A DNA stretch of 64,000 nucleotides from Chthoniobacteraceae bacterium (GCA_037190965.1 JBBCKI010000028.1:107350-171349), one strand, 5' to 3'; counted from the stretch's first letter, positions 19,381 through 29,441 are shown. The notes: a model not told the origin generated them from the letters alone. Numbers and translations: made by a program.

Positions 19381-20790
19381 CTAATCCTCATCGCTGTGCA
19401 ACAAGGCAAGGGCGAAAAGTCCAAGGGCATAGCTTGGCGCTGTCCGATAAGAACCTCGCTGTAACTCTTCCCCCACTTTGTTGGCCTGGGAGCACCCCGG
19501 AAGCAATCCATCGGGGGTGAGAGCCGAACTGAGCGTCCGGACACTTCGGCTCCCGGCTCTACGCGCACTTTCATCCAGCCAGCCCGCCCGGCAGCCCATT
19601 AGAATGGCGGCGGCAATGCCTGCGCAACCGGCATGGTCGGGAAGCCCTCCTGCCTCGTCGATAAAACATGGCCAGAGGCCTTCGGCATTTTGCCATGAAA
19701 GCGTCCAGGCCGCCGCGCGTTGAAATTCTTCCAGGAGATGCGGGGCTTCTTCTGGGCCGATTTCTTCCAGCGATTTGATCAGCCCCAGAAGATACCAGGC
19801 GAGTCCGCGCGACCAGTTGCGGAAGGTGCGTCTCCCGTCATTATAGCTGCGAAGATAGAAATGACCGTTGTGGAATAGCCGCTCTTTGCGCAGCCATAGC
19901 TCTTCGGTCGCTTGTTGCACCAGGTGCTTTCGCGCCAGGGCCCGCCCTGCGACGGCCATGGGGTAGGCCATCGTCAAACTTCCCTCTGCCGTCACGGAAG
20001 TCCGGGTTCCCTTCCAGAAGGCAATGGCAGCTTTCACCCAGTGATGATCCGGGGCGAGACTGGCCGCCGTGGCGGCGGGTAACGTCATTTCAACGCCGTC
20101 ATAATAGTCCAAAATGGCCTTGCCACGAGGATTCTCATAGTCGAGCTGGCCCCTCTCGAATCCATAGGTTCTCAGGTGTAGTTCCAATGCGGAGCGGGCC
20201 GATACCGAACAAGGGAGCTTCGGGAGTTTGCTGCCCCGTTGATCGTCGGTCTTCATTTCCGGGGCCTGCAAGGCGGCGAGATGCCTGAGTGCTTCCAAAA
20301 CACACCCCTCCTTCCAGCCGAAGGAGGCAAGACTATGCAGCGAGCAAAGCCGTTCCCAAAAAGAGTCCAGCGGCGAGGCCATCTGCCCCTCGGAATGCAC
20401 GACGGCATGGGGCGAAAACCATGGGGTGGAGGAGCTTGCATCCTTTGCGAAAATCCAAAGCGGACGTTCCCCGTCAAGCTGGCGCAAAGTCACGGCGGAG
20501 AGCCGCCCGGGAAGAGGAATGACAAGTGTTTCGAACGGGTCGGCACAAGGGATGATCAGGCGGTGTGGTTCATGGCCGTTGCCGAAGCTGATTTCGATTT
20601 CCTTGATGTCGCGATCTTCGAACGCGACGGTTAATCGGAGTGAGGCTCCGGTGGGAAGCTCGTCGGGCCATTCCAGCTCGATGGGGTCGGTCCCTACAGG
20701 AATGGCAGGGTGGCATTGCGGCAGGCGAAATGGGCCGTCGAGCGACGAGGCCATCGCGCCATGCCGAAGATCCGCAAATCTCCGCATCAT
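19381..20790 (-). CDS. GH88/GH105-like (alpha/alpha)6 unsaturated uronyl hydrolase with an extra N-terminal domain
   Basis: NWSRGLAWYLLGL and QNAEGLW motifs. Confidence 0.7.
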   Translation of the reverse strand: MMRRFADLRHGAMASSLDGPFRLPQCHPAIPVGTDPIELEWPDELPTGASLRLTVAFEDRDIKEIEISFGNGHEPHRLIIPCADPFETLVIPLPGRLSAVTLRQLDGERPLWIFAKDASSSTPWFSPHAVVHSEGQMASPLDSFWERLCSLHSLASFGWKEGCVLEALRHLAALQAPEMKTDDQRGSKLPKLPCSVSARSALELHLRTYGFERGQLDYENPRGKAILDYYDGVEMTLPAATAASLAPDHHWVKAAIAFWKGTRTSVTAEGSLTMAYPMAVAGRALARKHLVQQATEELWLRKERLFHNGHFYLRSYNDGRRTFRNWSRGLAWYLLGLIKSLEEIGPEEAPHLLEEFQRAAAWTLSWQNAEGLWPCFIDEAGGLPDHAGCAGIAAAILMGCRAGWLDESARRAGSRSVRTLSSALTPDGLLPGCSQANKVGEELQRGSYRTAPSYALGLFALALLHSDED

Positions 20791-20795
20791 TAGTC

Positions 20796-20959
20796 TAGGG
20801 CGTGTTAACGAATTTGCTGAAGTCGGCTAAAAGCCACTTTTTGGCCAAAAAGTGGCCCTCTTCAACTCGACGAATTCCGATTCGCCGAGTTTCATCGGCC
20901 CATTTCTGACTCAAAAATTGACCTTTTATCCTCATTTCTCAATTCGTTAACACGCCCTA
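20796..20959. mobile_element. MITE-like element 1
   Basis: Perfect 19-bp terminal inverted repeats TAGGGCGTGTTAACGAATT (20796-20814 and 20941-20959). Internal perfect 24-bp palindrome at 20833-20856. No coding capacity. Confidence 0.8.
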
Positions 20960-20961
20960 AT

Positions 20962-22194
20962 CTACGCAACGCGGGCGTAAGCCCTGGTTTGGATCCTGAT
21001 CACCGTATCGAAGGGATCGGGGGGGTGTGAAGGCAGCCCCTTGAGCACCAACCGGCCGTCCGCCGTTCTTCCAACCTCCAGTGACTGCCCCGTTTTCAGA
21101 ATCGTCGCGGAGATCACCTCTTCTTGCATATTGCGAAAATAGGCTTCTTTGCCTGGCCACCAGAAGATGTGGAGGTAGATGCAATCTTCTGCATGGACGA
21201 AAAAGCCGCAGGAACCGCCGGACATGGAGGAGGGCGCAACTCCATGAATGGAGCACCCGTTCACCCGCATCCATTCTCCGATTTTTCGAAGTGTCCTGGC
21301 CTGGGCTGCCGGAATCTCGCCATTGCCCCTTGGGCTGACGTTCAGGAGGAAGTTGCCGCCCATGGCCGCGCAGGTCGCAAGGGTTTGCACCAGGAACGCG
21401 GGGCTTTTGGGGGTGGGATCATGGCGCAGGTATCCCCAGCCACGCTCGTCGCCAATGGTCATGCAGCATTCCCACGCTGCATTGGTTTCCTTGGGGGCTC
21501 TGATCTGCTGCTCCGGGGTTCCGAAGTCCTCGGGAATCCCTGAACGATTGTTGATCAGGATGTCAGGCTGAAGGCTTCGAACCATTTTATTGAGTTTGGC
21601 CGATTCGAAAAATTCCGCCGTGTTTTTTGGCCCTCCCTGTGCTGCCAGCGTCGGAAAAAAGATCGTCCCATCGTACCAAAGAAGATCGATTTTCCCATAG
21701 TTGCTCATTAACTCCCGGACTTGGGCGTGGGCCAACTGGCGCTGCTTTTCCATGCCTTCCCACGATTCGTTGACATCGCGGATTCCATGACGCCAATCGG
21801 TCAGCGAATAATAGAGGCCGACCTTCATTCCGCCCCTGCGGCAGGCCGCCACATATTCCGCGACAAAATCACGCCCCGCGGCGGTTTTGACGCTGGTGAA
21901 ATCGTCTGTCTGGCTGTCGAAGAGACAGAAGCCGTCGTGATGCCGCGCGGTCAGGACGAGATACTTCATCCCGGCGTCCCTGGCCTGCGCGACCCACCGG
22001 TCCGCGTCGAAGCGCTTCGGGTTGAAACGGTCGGCCAGCTTGGCGTACTGCTCAAGGGGCATGCCCTCGTGCCGCATGACCCATTCCCCGCGTCCCAGCG
22101 TTGAATAGATCCCCCAATGGATGAACATGCCGAAGCGCGCGTCGTTGAACCAAGCGAGCCGGGATGCCGATGTGGAAGCACTGATGTTCTGCAT
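20962..22194 (-). CDS. Alpha-L-fucosidase, GH29
   Basis: WFNDARFGMFIHWG, TARHHDGF, LYYS..DW, WYDG, INNR, WECCMTI, GGNFLLN. No signal peptide. Confidence 0.92.
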   Translation of the reverse strand: MQNISASTSASRLAWFNDARFGMFIHWGIYSTLGRGEWVMRHEGMPLEQYAKLADRFNPKRFDADRWVAQARDAGMKYLVLTARHHDGFCLFDSQTDDFTSVKTAAGRDFVAEYVAACRRGGMKVGLYYSLTDWRHGIRDVNESWEGMEKQRQLAHAQVRELMSNYGKIDLLWYDGTIFFPTLAAQGGPKNTAEFFESAKLNKMVRSLQPDILINNRSGIPEDFGTPEQQIRAPKETNAAWECCMTIGDERGWGYLRHDPTPKSPAFLVQTLATCAAMGGNFLLNVSPRGNGEIPAAQARTLRKIGEWMRVNGCSIHGVAPSSMSGGSCGFFVHAEDCIYLHIFWWPGKEAYFRNMQEEVISATILKTGQSLEVGRTADGRLVLKGLPSHPPDPFDTVIRIQTRAYARVA

Positions 22195-22215
22195 GAAAGA
22201 AGCGGATTAGCTCCA

Positions 22216-23697
22216 TCAAAAGCGCCGGCGGAACGAGCGCCCGACAAGGGCCGCCCCCGCGCCCGTCAAGGCAAGCAGCCAGGCTGTGGAGGGCTCGGGG
22301 ATGACGGTGAGTGTTCCGCCGAATTCGGTATAAACGCCGGGCGCCAGGAAGACGCCATTTTGCAGGGTGCTGCCGACAAAGAATCTCGCGCCGTTCAGGT
22401 TAATGGTCGACTCTCCGATATTTTCCAGGCGATTCGTGCGGAAGTACTCCCCGGACGCGATATTAAGCGTGTTGTCCTCCAACAGGATGCTCGATCCGTT
22501 GAGCTTCAGGAGATCCAAAGCAAAGGTGGTATCGGAGTCGGTCACCGCGGCCTCGAGCGTTTGGACGCCAGTGCCGGAAAGGGCCAACTGCATCGTGTTG
22601 AAATTCGAGTCTTTGAGGGAGGTGGCCTTGATATCAAGATTTCCGCCTAGTTGGACCGTGGTTAGGGATCCTCCGGTGCCCAGCTTTACCGTCGAGTTGG
22701 TTTCGACAACGAAGTTCTTTCCGATCCTCAGTTGGAGGCCTCCGAGATCGTCGGAAAGGTCCAGCGTGCCGCTTGTCTTGATCGTGAGAGAATCTCCGGC
22801 GCTGAAGCGGTTGAGGGCGCTGGCGGACTCTGTGCCGCCAACGTAAACTCGCGCGCCGGCTCCGATGGTGATGTCTTTTCCGATATCCGTGTTGACGGCC
22901 GACCGCAAGACGACCTCCCCGCTGTTGAGAGTAAGATTCCCGTCGATCTGGACGTTGCCGGTAACTCCGGCCCTGCCGACCGAGAAACTGGCCGCTCTCC
23001 CGTTATAGGCACCCTCCTGGAGAAGCACATCCCCGGTGAATCTCACCGTGCCGCCTGTCCAGGCGGCGCTGTCGGTGAAGCTCGATCCGTTGTTGAAGGT
23101 CACGGTAGGGATGTCGAACGTCAGGGTTTCGCCGGTTTGGGGGCCGACGATGGTCAGGTTTGCTGCGCGGCTGGTGGTTCCGCTTCCCCCGAGAATCATC
23201 GCTGCCGCCTGCACGGTGGTCTGCCTGGACGATGAGAACCGGCCGATATTGCCGCCGTCGCCTTCAACAAGAATGGTTCCGGAGACGACAAAGGCCGTTG
23301 TCCTGTTGCCTGCGGTAAAATTGGCAAGGCCGTTGACCCCCTTGATCGAGATCGATTCGGCGGCGAAGGCCGAGGCCGTTCCAGTAGAGAGGGTGACGCT
23401 GGCGCCGCCCGATTCGAAAAGCAGCGTCTTGAAGGAACTGACATTGGTTAGCGTGCTGGAGACGGCAATGCCGCTTACCTTGACGTCGCTACCGGCGCTT
23501 GGAGTTACTCCGCCAACCCAGTTCGAAGCGGTCCCCCACGCAACCGTTCCCGTCTTGGTTTTATCCCACTCAATCGTACTCGCCGAAGCCGCAGGGATTG
23601 AACCGGCGAGAAGAATCGAAAGGAAGGCCGCTTGCCAGTGGAGGGACAGTGAGCCTGAGAACTGAGTCGTCTTCCGTGGAGAGAGGGGGGTGTTCAT
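22216..23697 (-). CDS. PEP-CTERM (exosortase-targeted) surface protein with beta-helical repeats
   Basis: N-terminal signal peptide. C-terminus VIPEPSTAWLLALTGAGAALVGRSFRRRF (PEP + TM helix + Arg cluster). Confidence 0.92.
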   Translation of the reverse strand: MNTPLSPRKTTQFSGSLSLHWQAAFLSILLAGSIPAASASTIEWDKTKTGTVAWGTASNWVGGVTPSAGSDVKVSGIAVSSTLTNVSSFKTLLFESGGASVTLSTGTASAFAAESISIKGVNGLANFTAGNRTTAFVVSGTILVEGDGGNIGRFSSSRQTTVQAAAMILGGSGTTSRAANLTIVGPQTGETLTFDIPTVTFNNGSSFTDSAAWTGGTVRFTGDVLLQEGAYNGRAASFSVGRAGVTGNVQIDGNLTLNSGEVVLRSAVNTDIGKDITIGAGARVYVGGTESASALNRFSAGDSLTIKTSGTLDLSDDLGGLQLRIGKNFVVETNSTVKLGTGGSLTTVQLGGNLDIKATSLKDSNFNTMQLALSGTGVQTLEAAVTDSDTTFALDLLKLNGSSILLEDNTLNIASGEYFRTNRLENIGESTINLNGARFFVGSTLQNGVFLAPGVYTEFGGTLTVIPEPSTAWLLALTGAGAALVGRSFRRRF

Positions 23698-23703
23698 GAC
23701 AAA

Positions 23704-23732
23704 ATAGTATGTATTAGTATGTTTATGTGCAA
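23704..23732 (-). promoter_or_regulatory. Sigma70 promoter of the PEP-CTERM gene (leaderless geometry) with an operator in the spacer
   Basis: Minus strand: TTGCAC - 17 nt - TACTAT - 6 nt - ATG 23697. Spacer overlaps TATGTATTAGTATG (+ strand, 23708-23721). Confidence 0.65.
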
Positions 23733-23742
23733 GTAAAATATT

Positions 23743-25401
23743 CTACGATAGGGTATTTTTATTGCCTCGATCATCAGGAGCCGTCATGCGTGAGACGATT
23801 GGAGCCAGTCGCGCGGCCAGTTCGCGGGCGATGGCTGCCGCGCCGTGATCCGAGGGATGCGTCCCGTCGGAAAGAAGCTGGTCGAGGTCCGAGAGCAGTT
23901 CGGTTCCTTCGATAAGATGAAGATGGGGATCCCGGACCGCGCGGGCCAGCACCGCCTCCCGGATTACCTTGCGGATCGTTTCCGCTTTCAAGTTCCTCTC
24001 ATCGGGATCGTCAGCGTCCCGTGCCGGGTTATCGCTGGAGTGGATGATCGGCGTCACGCAGACGATCGGCTTTGCGGGATGGGCTTGCCGGATGACATCC
24101 AGGAACCGGTCATAGGCTTGGCGGTATCGGTTCGGCGGGGTGGACATCGAATTGGTTCCCAGGTGCAGCGAGAGGAGATCCCAGTCGTCCCGGGCCGCGA
24201 TCTCGCGGGCGATATATTCCTGGGCGCGCGCGTTGGCTCCGAAACCGAGGTTGAACGGCGCGAGGAGCAGTTGGCGCGCGACCAGTTCAACCCAGGTGAA
24301 ATCAGGCGAGGTCACGTTCGCGCCGTGGGTGATCGAATCGCCATGGGCGAGCCACCGGGGAAGACCGGCACGCATAGGGGCTGCGGGAGCATCGACCGGT
24401 GGTTCGCTTTCCAACTCCACGGAAAGTAGTTCGATTTCGGCGTGGGTGGGAAAGATGAGCCGGATGGGTTGGTTTTTCGTTCCGTTTCGGGGGAGCGTCC
24501 ACGCGATTTCTTGCGGATGGCGGGAGCCCTCCGCCACCGTTCGGGTGGGATGCCGTTTTTGGTTTCGCAGGAACAACGCCCATGTGACCGGGAAGCCGTC
24601 GTCATGCACGATCCGGAACCGGATACGGATTCCCCGCGCCGAGGAGGCGTCGAATTGGACTTCGATTCCCGCAGTCATTCGGGCAACCGCCTTTTCCGAA
24701 TCGGTCATTTCTTCCAGCAAACCGGGCGATACCCGTCTCGGGAGCGAGCCGTGTTCTCCGATCACGACATGCAGCGCGTTGATCCAAAGGAAGCCGTTGC
24801 GGCCTCCCGCGCCGTCGAAATCGAGGCGATTCCACTCATGCCGGCGCAGAAAGTCCGGGGCCGAAAGAGCGGCCGTGGAAGAGAGGACGGGGGCACCTTC
24901 TGGGCCGGCACCGGAATAGTCGTAACGGCAAACCGCCCATCGCAGACAGGGAGGGCGTTTTGCGTCGGCGCTGAACGCCTGCCACGGAATAAAGACCTCG
25001 GTGCTCCGACTATTGATGGGCATCGCCTTGTCGCGGAAAGTTGCGTCCCCCAGCATCTCTAGCGATTTCGGTTTGTGTGCTTCGCTACCCGGGGCGAAGC
25101 GCCACTCCCGATGAAAGTCCGTCCGGGGATCGTGTAGAAAGATCACGATGACGTCGTCTCTCTTTCTGGAAGAGAGTGCGAACGGGAAGGCGGTTTCTCC
25201 CTCGACGGTGAAGGTGATTCCCTCCTCATTGTAGGCGATTCGCGCGGAGGTGCTTCGGAAAGGCTCTCCGCGGCCTTCCGCCCAAGATTGGCCGAGGGGA
25301 AAGATCCGCGCGCCCGTCGGATGAACTCGAACGGTTTCCCCGGGATTGGCTTTCGGGAGAACGGCAGAAGTGGAATTGAAGAGTGATGACGATTCAGGCA
25401 T
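23743..25401 (-). CDS. SGNH/GDSL esterase with an N-terminal CBM9/DOMON-like domain
   Basis: GDSITHG, NLGFGA, LGTN and DGTHP blocks; N-terminal RYDY...LSST region. Start set at ATG 25401 to avoid overlap with the upstream gene. Confidence 0.8.
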   Translation of the reverse strand: MPESSSLFNSTSAVLPKANPGETVRVHPTGARIFPLGQSWAEGRGEPFRSTSARIAYNEEGITFTVEGETAFPFALSSRKRDDVIVIFLHDPRTDFHREWRFAPGSEAHKPKSLEMLGDATFRDKAMPINSRSTEVFIPWQAFSADAKRPPCLRWAVCRYDYSGAGPEGAPVLSSTAALSAPDFLRRHEWNRLDFDGAGGRNGFLWINALHVVIGEHGSLPRRVSPGLLEEMTDSEKAVARMTAGIEVQFDASSARGIRIRFRIVHDDGFPVTWALFLRNQKRHPTRTVAEGSRHPQEIAWTLPRNGTKNQPIRLIFPTHAEIELLSVELESEPPVDAPAAPMRAGLPRWLAHGDSITHGANVTSPDFTWVELVARQLLLAPFNLGFGANARAQEYIAREIAARDDWDLLSLHLGTNSMSTPPNRYRQAYDRFLDVIRQAHPAKPIVCVTPIIHSSDNPARDADDPDERNLKAETIRKVIREAVLARAVRDPHLHLIEGTELLSDLDQLLSDGTHPSDHGAAAIARELAARLAPIVSRMTAPDDRGNKNTLS

Positions 25402-25436
25402 GGCTTCTTTGGGGCACCTTTGATGCTCCTTTGGGC

Positions 25437-28400
25437 TCACCGTTTTTGGGAGGGTGGAACCTCGAACGCGACCGAGACGGTTTTTCCCGACGCGGCCTCT
25501 CGGATCTGTACGGAGTAACGACCGGGAGTGGCGTTCCATGCCACCGGGATTTCGAGGGTGAGTTTCCCATTCTCGATGACGGTGTAATACGTCTCGTCCC
25601 GAAGATTTTCGTCGGGCCCGCGCGTTTCGACGTGGGCCGGGATCAGGCCTGGAAGTGCCTTGCCGCTCTGCCCGCTTAGTTTCACTTCAAAAACGGCACT
25701 CCCCCCGGCGTTTACTTTCGTCATGGCGGGCACGCTTTCCAGGGCTCCGATTTCCTCCGGCAAAAATACCAGCACCCGTCCCTTGGCAGGGAGGAGGTCG
25801 ATGCGGAGGAGAGAGCGATTCTCCGTTGGAGAGAGGATTACTTGCTCATTACGCAGGAGATCGTAGACAGCACTTCCGAGTTCCGGCGCGACCGCCATGG
25901 AGATGGTCTGGGCCACGCCGTTCTCCAGAACCTTCCCAAAATGCCCGTAGTGAACTCCCGGGACGCGGCGGGTATTGACGATGGCAAGGTAGTTCGCTCC
26001 CGAGGCATGGAGTAGATTCGGAAAGGCGTCGCCTTCAACGATTTCGGCTTCCGGTCGCAGCGCCGCGCGCATTGCGGTCACAGCGTCGGCCGTAGGGCCG
26101 CTGGCGGATGAAAACTGACTGGCGAGCGCCTCCATGCCCTCCCGAAAGTTATTGTGGTCGCTGCCGTCGTATTCCCGCCGCAATGCCGTTTCCGCCTTAC
26201 GCAGCTCTTTTTCTGCGGCTTTGCCAGCGGTCCAGTTGAACTGTTTGACACCGGGAAGATTGAGCCCGAAGGCCTCGTCCACAACGACGGTTCCCCCATT
26301 GTCGACAAAGCGGCGAATGGCATTCACCGCGATCTCGGGAAGCACTGGCGCGGAGGGAATTGCCAGCACGGAGTAACCTTCAAGAATTCCGGAGGCGGTC
26401 TCGAAATCTTCGTCATAGAGAACATCGAAGGGGAGTTGTAACCGCTCGACGGCGTTCTCAAGAGGAGTCGCGGCTGGCCAGCGTATATTGTTGAAGAGCT
26501 CCGCCGCAAAAGACCGGAAAATGGCGATCCGGCGTGGGCGGTTTTCCCATCGGGGAACCAGTGCGCCTAGGGGATGAAGGTCTTCGCGATGGAAGCGGGC
26601 CAGTTCTTCGCGGAGTTCGGGAATGAACAGGAAAGTGTCGCTTCGTTCGCCCTTCACGGAGATCTTGCCCGCCGCCGTCTCCCAACTCGGACGCGGGCCC
26701 ATCAGCGCGTCGATCTCCTCCTGGGTGCTGGATTGTTTTCCCGTGGGGCGCTCGATGACTGACCAATGGTTCCAGTAGGTGAACCCCCGCGTGGGGCGAG
26801 CCAGGCAGTGCCATGCGGCTTCACGGAACATGTCGGGAGTCGGCAGGCCCGGGTAGGGAGCCGCCATTCCCGGCTTGAGCAGAAGCTGCGGCATGGAACC
26901 GACCAGCGCGCTTGAACCGTCCTCGTGCCGGGCCACTGCCCGCGCCCGTTCCTGCACCCGGATGGCGGCGGAGGGAGAAGGGAAGTAGAACCACTCCTGG
27001 ACGAGATCGAGCTTGCGGAACGCGCGGACTGACGGGCGGCGCAGCACCGGTTCGCCGATGAACTCGACCCACGGTGCGGATTGCCGCAAGCGATCCGCCA
27101 ATCGGTCGTTAAGGAAGACTTCATTGCCCGCCTGTGGTCCGTGCCACCAGCGATGGAATGCATAGAACGGGTCCTTCTCCGGCAGGATTCCATCGTTGGG
27201 CGCGCCATATTTGCCCTCAGCAGTCTTCAGGCGGCCAAAGGGAAATGTTACGGCCTCGCTTCTTCCACCAGGGCGCTGCCAGGCGCCGAGGTCCAGCTTG
27301 AAGCGTTCGCGCACCTGCTCTTTGGTGCCTTCGCGAAAATCGTGCGACCAACTGAACTGGCTTTCGCAGTTGAGGATGATATGGCGGATCTGCGGGTAGT
27401 CTTCAATGACCTTGCCAAAGCGCGCTGCCGCGGCATCGATCTGCGCTTGCGCGGAGGGGGAAGCCTGGTCCGTCTTTCCCCACTCTCCCACGGCATCGAG
27501 GAACCGATTCTCGTTCTTTTCGGGAACCGCGGTGAAATTGTAGCGGTACTGCACATAGAGGCCGTTCCGAGTGAGATCGTCCACAAGGCTGGGCCGCACA
27601 CGCGTCCGGGCCGAGGAACCGCCCGTGAAGCCGAACTTCCGCAAGTCTCCGGAGGAATCGGCCCACGGAATGACAAAAGCGTTGGCCAGCGGCGCGCGGG
27701 CCGGGACGATCTCGACTTTCCGGGTGAGCCGGGTTTTTCCATGGGCATCCTCCAGTTCGAAGACCATGTCATAGGTCCCGGGCTCGAGGCGGGCGGGGGA
27801 CCATGGGAAGGAAATCGTCCGGCCCGATGAAGTCTGGGAGGATTGCAAAGATGTCTCCGCCTGGAAGAAACCGCCCATGGAAAACCGCACTGTCGCTTTG
27901 CCATATTCGCCCTTCGCCGGAGCGACGGAGAAGCGCCAGCGGCGCTCGATTTCGTCGCGGGCAAAGACGGAGGCGGGCTCCCGGTTTTGAAGGGTCCACT
28001 TGGGAGCCAGGCCGACTCCGAGCGGTTGCTCGCGGTGAAAAAGCTGATTGATCTCGGCGGCCTCGAGCGGGCGGCTCCAGAGAGCAAACTCATCGAGCCG
28101 CACGTCGCCGCGCAGGGCGGGGCTGAAGTTGGCAGTCATCCCTCCCAGCGTGACTTGGCCCAGGCGAGGCCGAGGGGGAGCGTTCTCCAGGGAGATCACG
28201 CGCGCACCATCGAAAAAGACGGTCACGGCGGGTCCATTCCATGTCACGGCGACATGATGCCATTGCCCGGGTTGTACCGCTTCGGGAAGCTTGGCTTGCC
28301 CGCCCTTCTTTCCAGGTAGGACCAGGGAGAGCGTTCGATTGTCGCGCAGGTCGAGGCGAAGGTCTGAGTTCCACGCGTAATGGTCGCCAATGCACAGCAG

Positions 28401-29438
28401 GGTGCGCCACTCGACATCGCCTTCCCGCTGGAACCAGAACGCGACGGAGCCCTCAGAGGCGTTTGGCGCTTCATCGAGCGAGAGGATGTCGCCATCCCGA
28501 TTCATCGGCTGCCCAGGGAACCAGGTGGAAGCGGTGCGGCGTCCGGCGTAACCGCCGTGACTTTCAAGCATGAACGCGGAGGCGAAAATCTCTCCCCCGT
28601 CCGGCAGTGTCAGCGAGAGGAGGACCGGCGGCGAAGGCTTCTTCGAGGAGGACATGCCCTTCGCGGGCTCCTCCCCGATAGGGGAATGATGGCATTGGAT
28701 ACGCTCCCAGGTGCCGGAAAGAACGATTTCGCGTTCATCCAGAACAAGATTGTCTTTCACCGCCTCCAGCGCGAAGCGCACCCGCGTACCCGCCGCACCG
28801 CGTATATAGACCGAAGCGCTTCGGCTGGAGCCCGGCGCCGGTGTGGTGGGGGATGTCTGTATTTTTCCTCCCGGCCCGGCCTGAAGGTGGACGGCTCCGA
28901 AAGATTCCCTGGGGCCCTCCGCTCGCGTGATCTTGGCTTCCCCGGTGGATTGAACCCCCTCGAGTGATTCCACCATGCTCAACGTCCGGGGAAATTCATT
29001 GGTCCGGTTGTAGACTTCCGCGTGCTCGATAAAGACTGCCTGGCCAAACCGACCGGGAAGAAAGCGGGGTTGGTGGGGCCCGATGCGATCCAGCTTCTCC
29101 GTGAATGCCGCTGAGTTCCTTTCGAAGGTCGTGGGGCGAAGCTCGCCCAGCCCGGAAATCGCTTCGATCGATCCTTCCATCGGGAGGTAGGCTTGCAGGC
29201 CATCCCGCAGCGATCCCAACGGGCTGGTTTCTTCGCCGTGCCATGCCGGACCGTTATCGGGAGAATCTTCCACCAGGACGCCGGTTTTCGATTCCGGCGG
29301 AGCGGAATGCGCGGGCGATACCGGGCCCATCCCCAACCCCATCGCCACGACCGAAGAGAAAATAGCGGTTCGAAGGCGGCGGGTTTCGGAACGTGAAATC
29401 AGGAGGAGGGGCTGGGAGGGCTCCTTGGGGGAGATCAT
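25437..29438 (-). CDS. Secreted multidomain protein: LamG/ConA-like domain, putative glycoside-hydrolase barrel, beta-galactosidase-trimerisation-like domain
   Basis: Signal peptide; GSVAFWF...GQWHHVAVTWNG...LDEFALWSRPL (LamG); LPFDVL...YSVLAIP...IRRFVDNGGTVV (GATase-like trimerisation fold). Confidence 0.65.
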   Translation of the reverse strand: MISPKEPSQPLLLISRSETRRLRTAIFSSVVAMGLGMGPVSPAHSAPPESKTGVLVEDSPDNGPAWHGEETSPLGSLRDGLQAYLPMEGSIEAISGLGELRPTTFERNSAAFTEKLDRIGPHQPRFLPGRFGQAVFIEHAEVYNRTNEFPRTLSMVESLEGVQSTGEAKITRAEGPRESFGAVHLQAGPGGKIQTSPTTPAPGSSRSASVYIRGAAGTRVRFALEAVKDNLVLDEREIVLSGTWERIQCHHSPIGEEPAKGMSSSKKPSPPVLLSLTLPDGGEIFASAFMLESHGGYAGRRTASTWFPGQPMNRDGDILSLDEAPNASEGSVAFWFQREGDVEWRTLLCIGDHYAWNSDLRLDLRDNRTLSLVLPGKKGGQAKLPEAVQPGQWHHVAVTWNGPAVTVFFDGARVISLENAPPRPRLGQVTLGGMTANFSPALRGDVRLDEFALWSRPLEAAEINQLFHREQPLGVGLAPKWTLQNREPASVFARDEIERRWRFSVAPAKGEYGKATVRFSMGGFFQAETSLQSSQTSSGRTISFPWSPARLEPGTYDMVFELEDAHGKTRLTRKVEIVPARAPLANAFVIPWADSSGDLRKFGFTGGSSARTRVRPSLVDDLTRNGLYVQYRYNFTAVPEKNENRFLDAVGEWGKTDQASPSAQAQIDAAAARFGKVIEDYPQIRHIILNCESQFSWSHDFREGTKEQVRERFKLDLGAWQRPGGRSEAVTFPFGRLKTAEGKYGAPNDGILPEKDPFYAFHRWWHGPQAGNEVFLNDRLADRLRQSAPWVEFIGEPVLRRPSVRAFRKLDLVQEWFYFPSPSAAIRVQERARAVARHEDGSSALVGSMPQLLLKPGMAAPYPGLPTPDMFREAAWHCLARPTRGFTYWNHWSVIERPTGKQSSTQEEIDALMGPRPSWETAAGKISVKGERSDTFLFIPELREELARFHREDLHPLGALVPRWENRPRRIAIFRSFAAELFNNIRWPAATPLENAVERLQLPFDVLYDEDFETASGILEGYSVLAIPSAPVLPEIAVNAIRRFVDNGGTVVVDEAFGLNLPGVKQFNWTAGKAAEKELRKAETALRREYDGSDHNNFREGMEALASQFSSASGPTADAVTAMRAALRPEAEIVEGDAFPNLLHASGANYLAIVNTRRVPGVHYGHFGKVLENGVAQTISMAVAPELGSAVYDLLRNEQVILSPTENRSLLRIDLLPAKGRVLVFLPEEIGALESVPAMTKVNAGGSAVFEVKLSGQSGKALPGLIPAHVETRGPDENLRDETYYTVIENGKLTLEIPVAWNATPGRYSVQIREAASGKTVSVAFEVPPSQKR

Positions 29439-29441
29439 AAA

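Noticed and set aside
25402..25539. Longer N-termini in the ORF track (also 15323, 33933, 34217, 41388, 55371, 59963)
   Set aside because: They overlap neighbouring genes, promoters or a MITE. Downstream ATGs give coupled or promoter-consistent starts.
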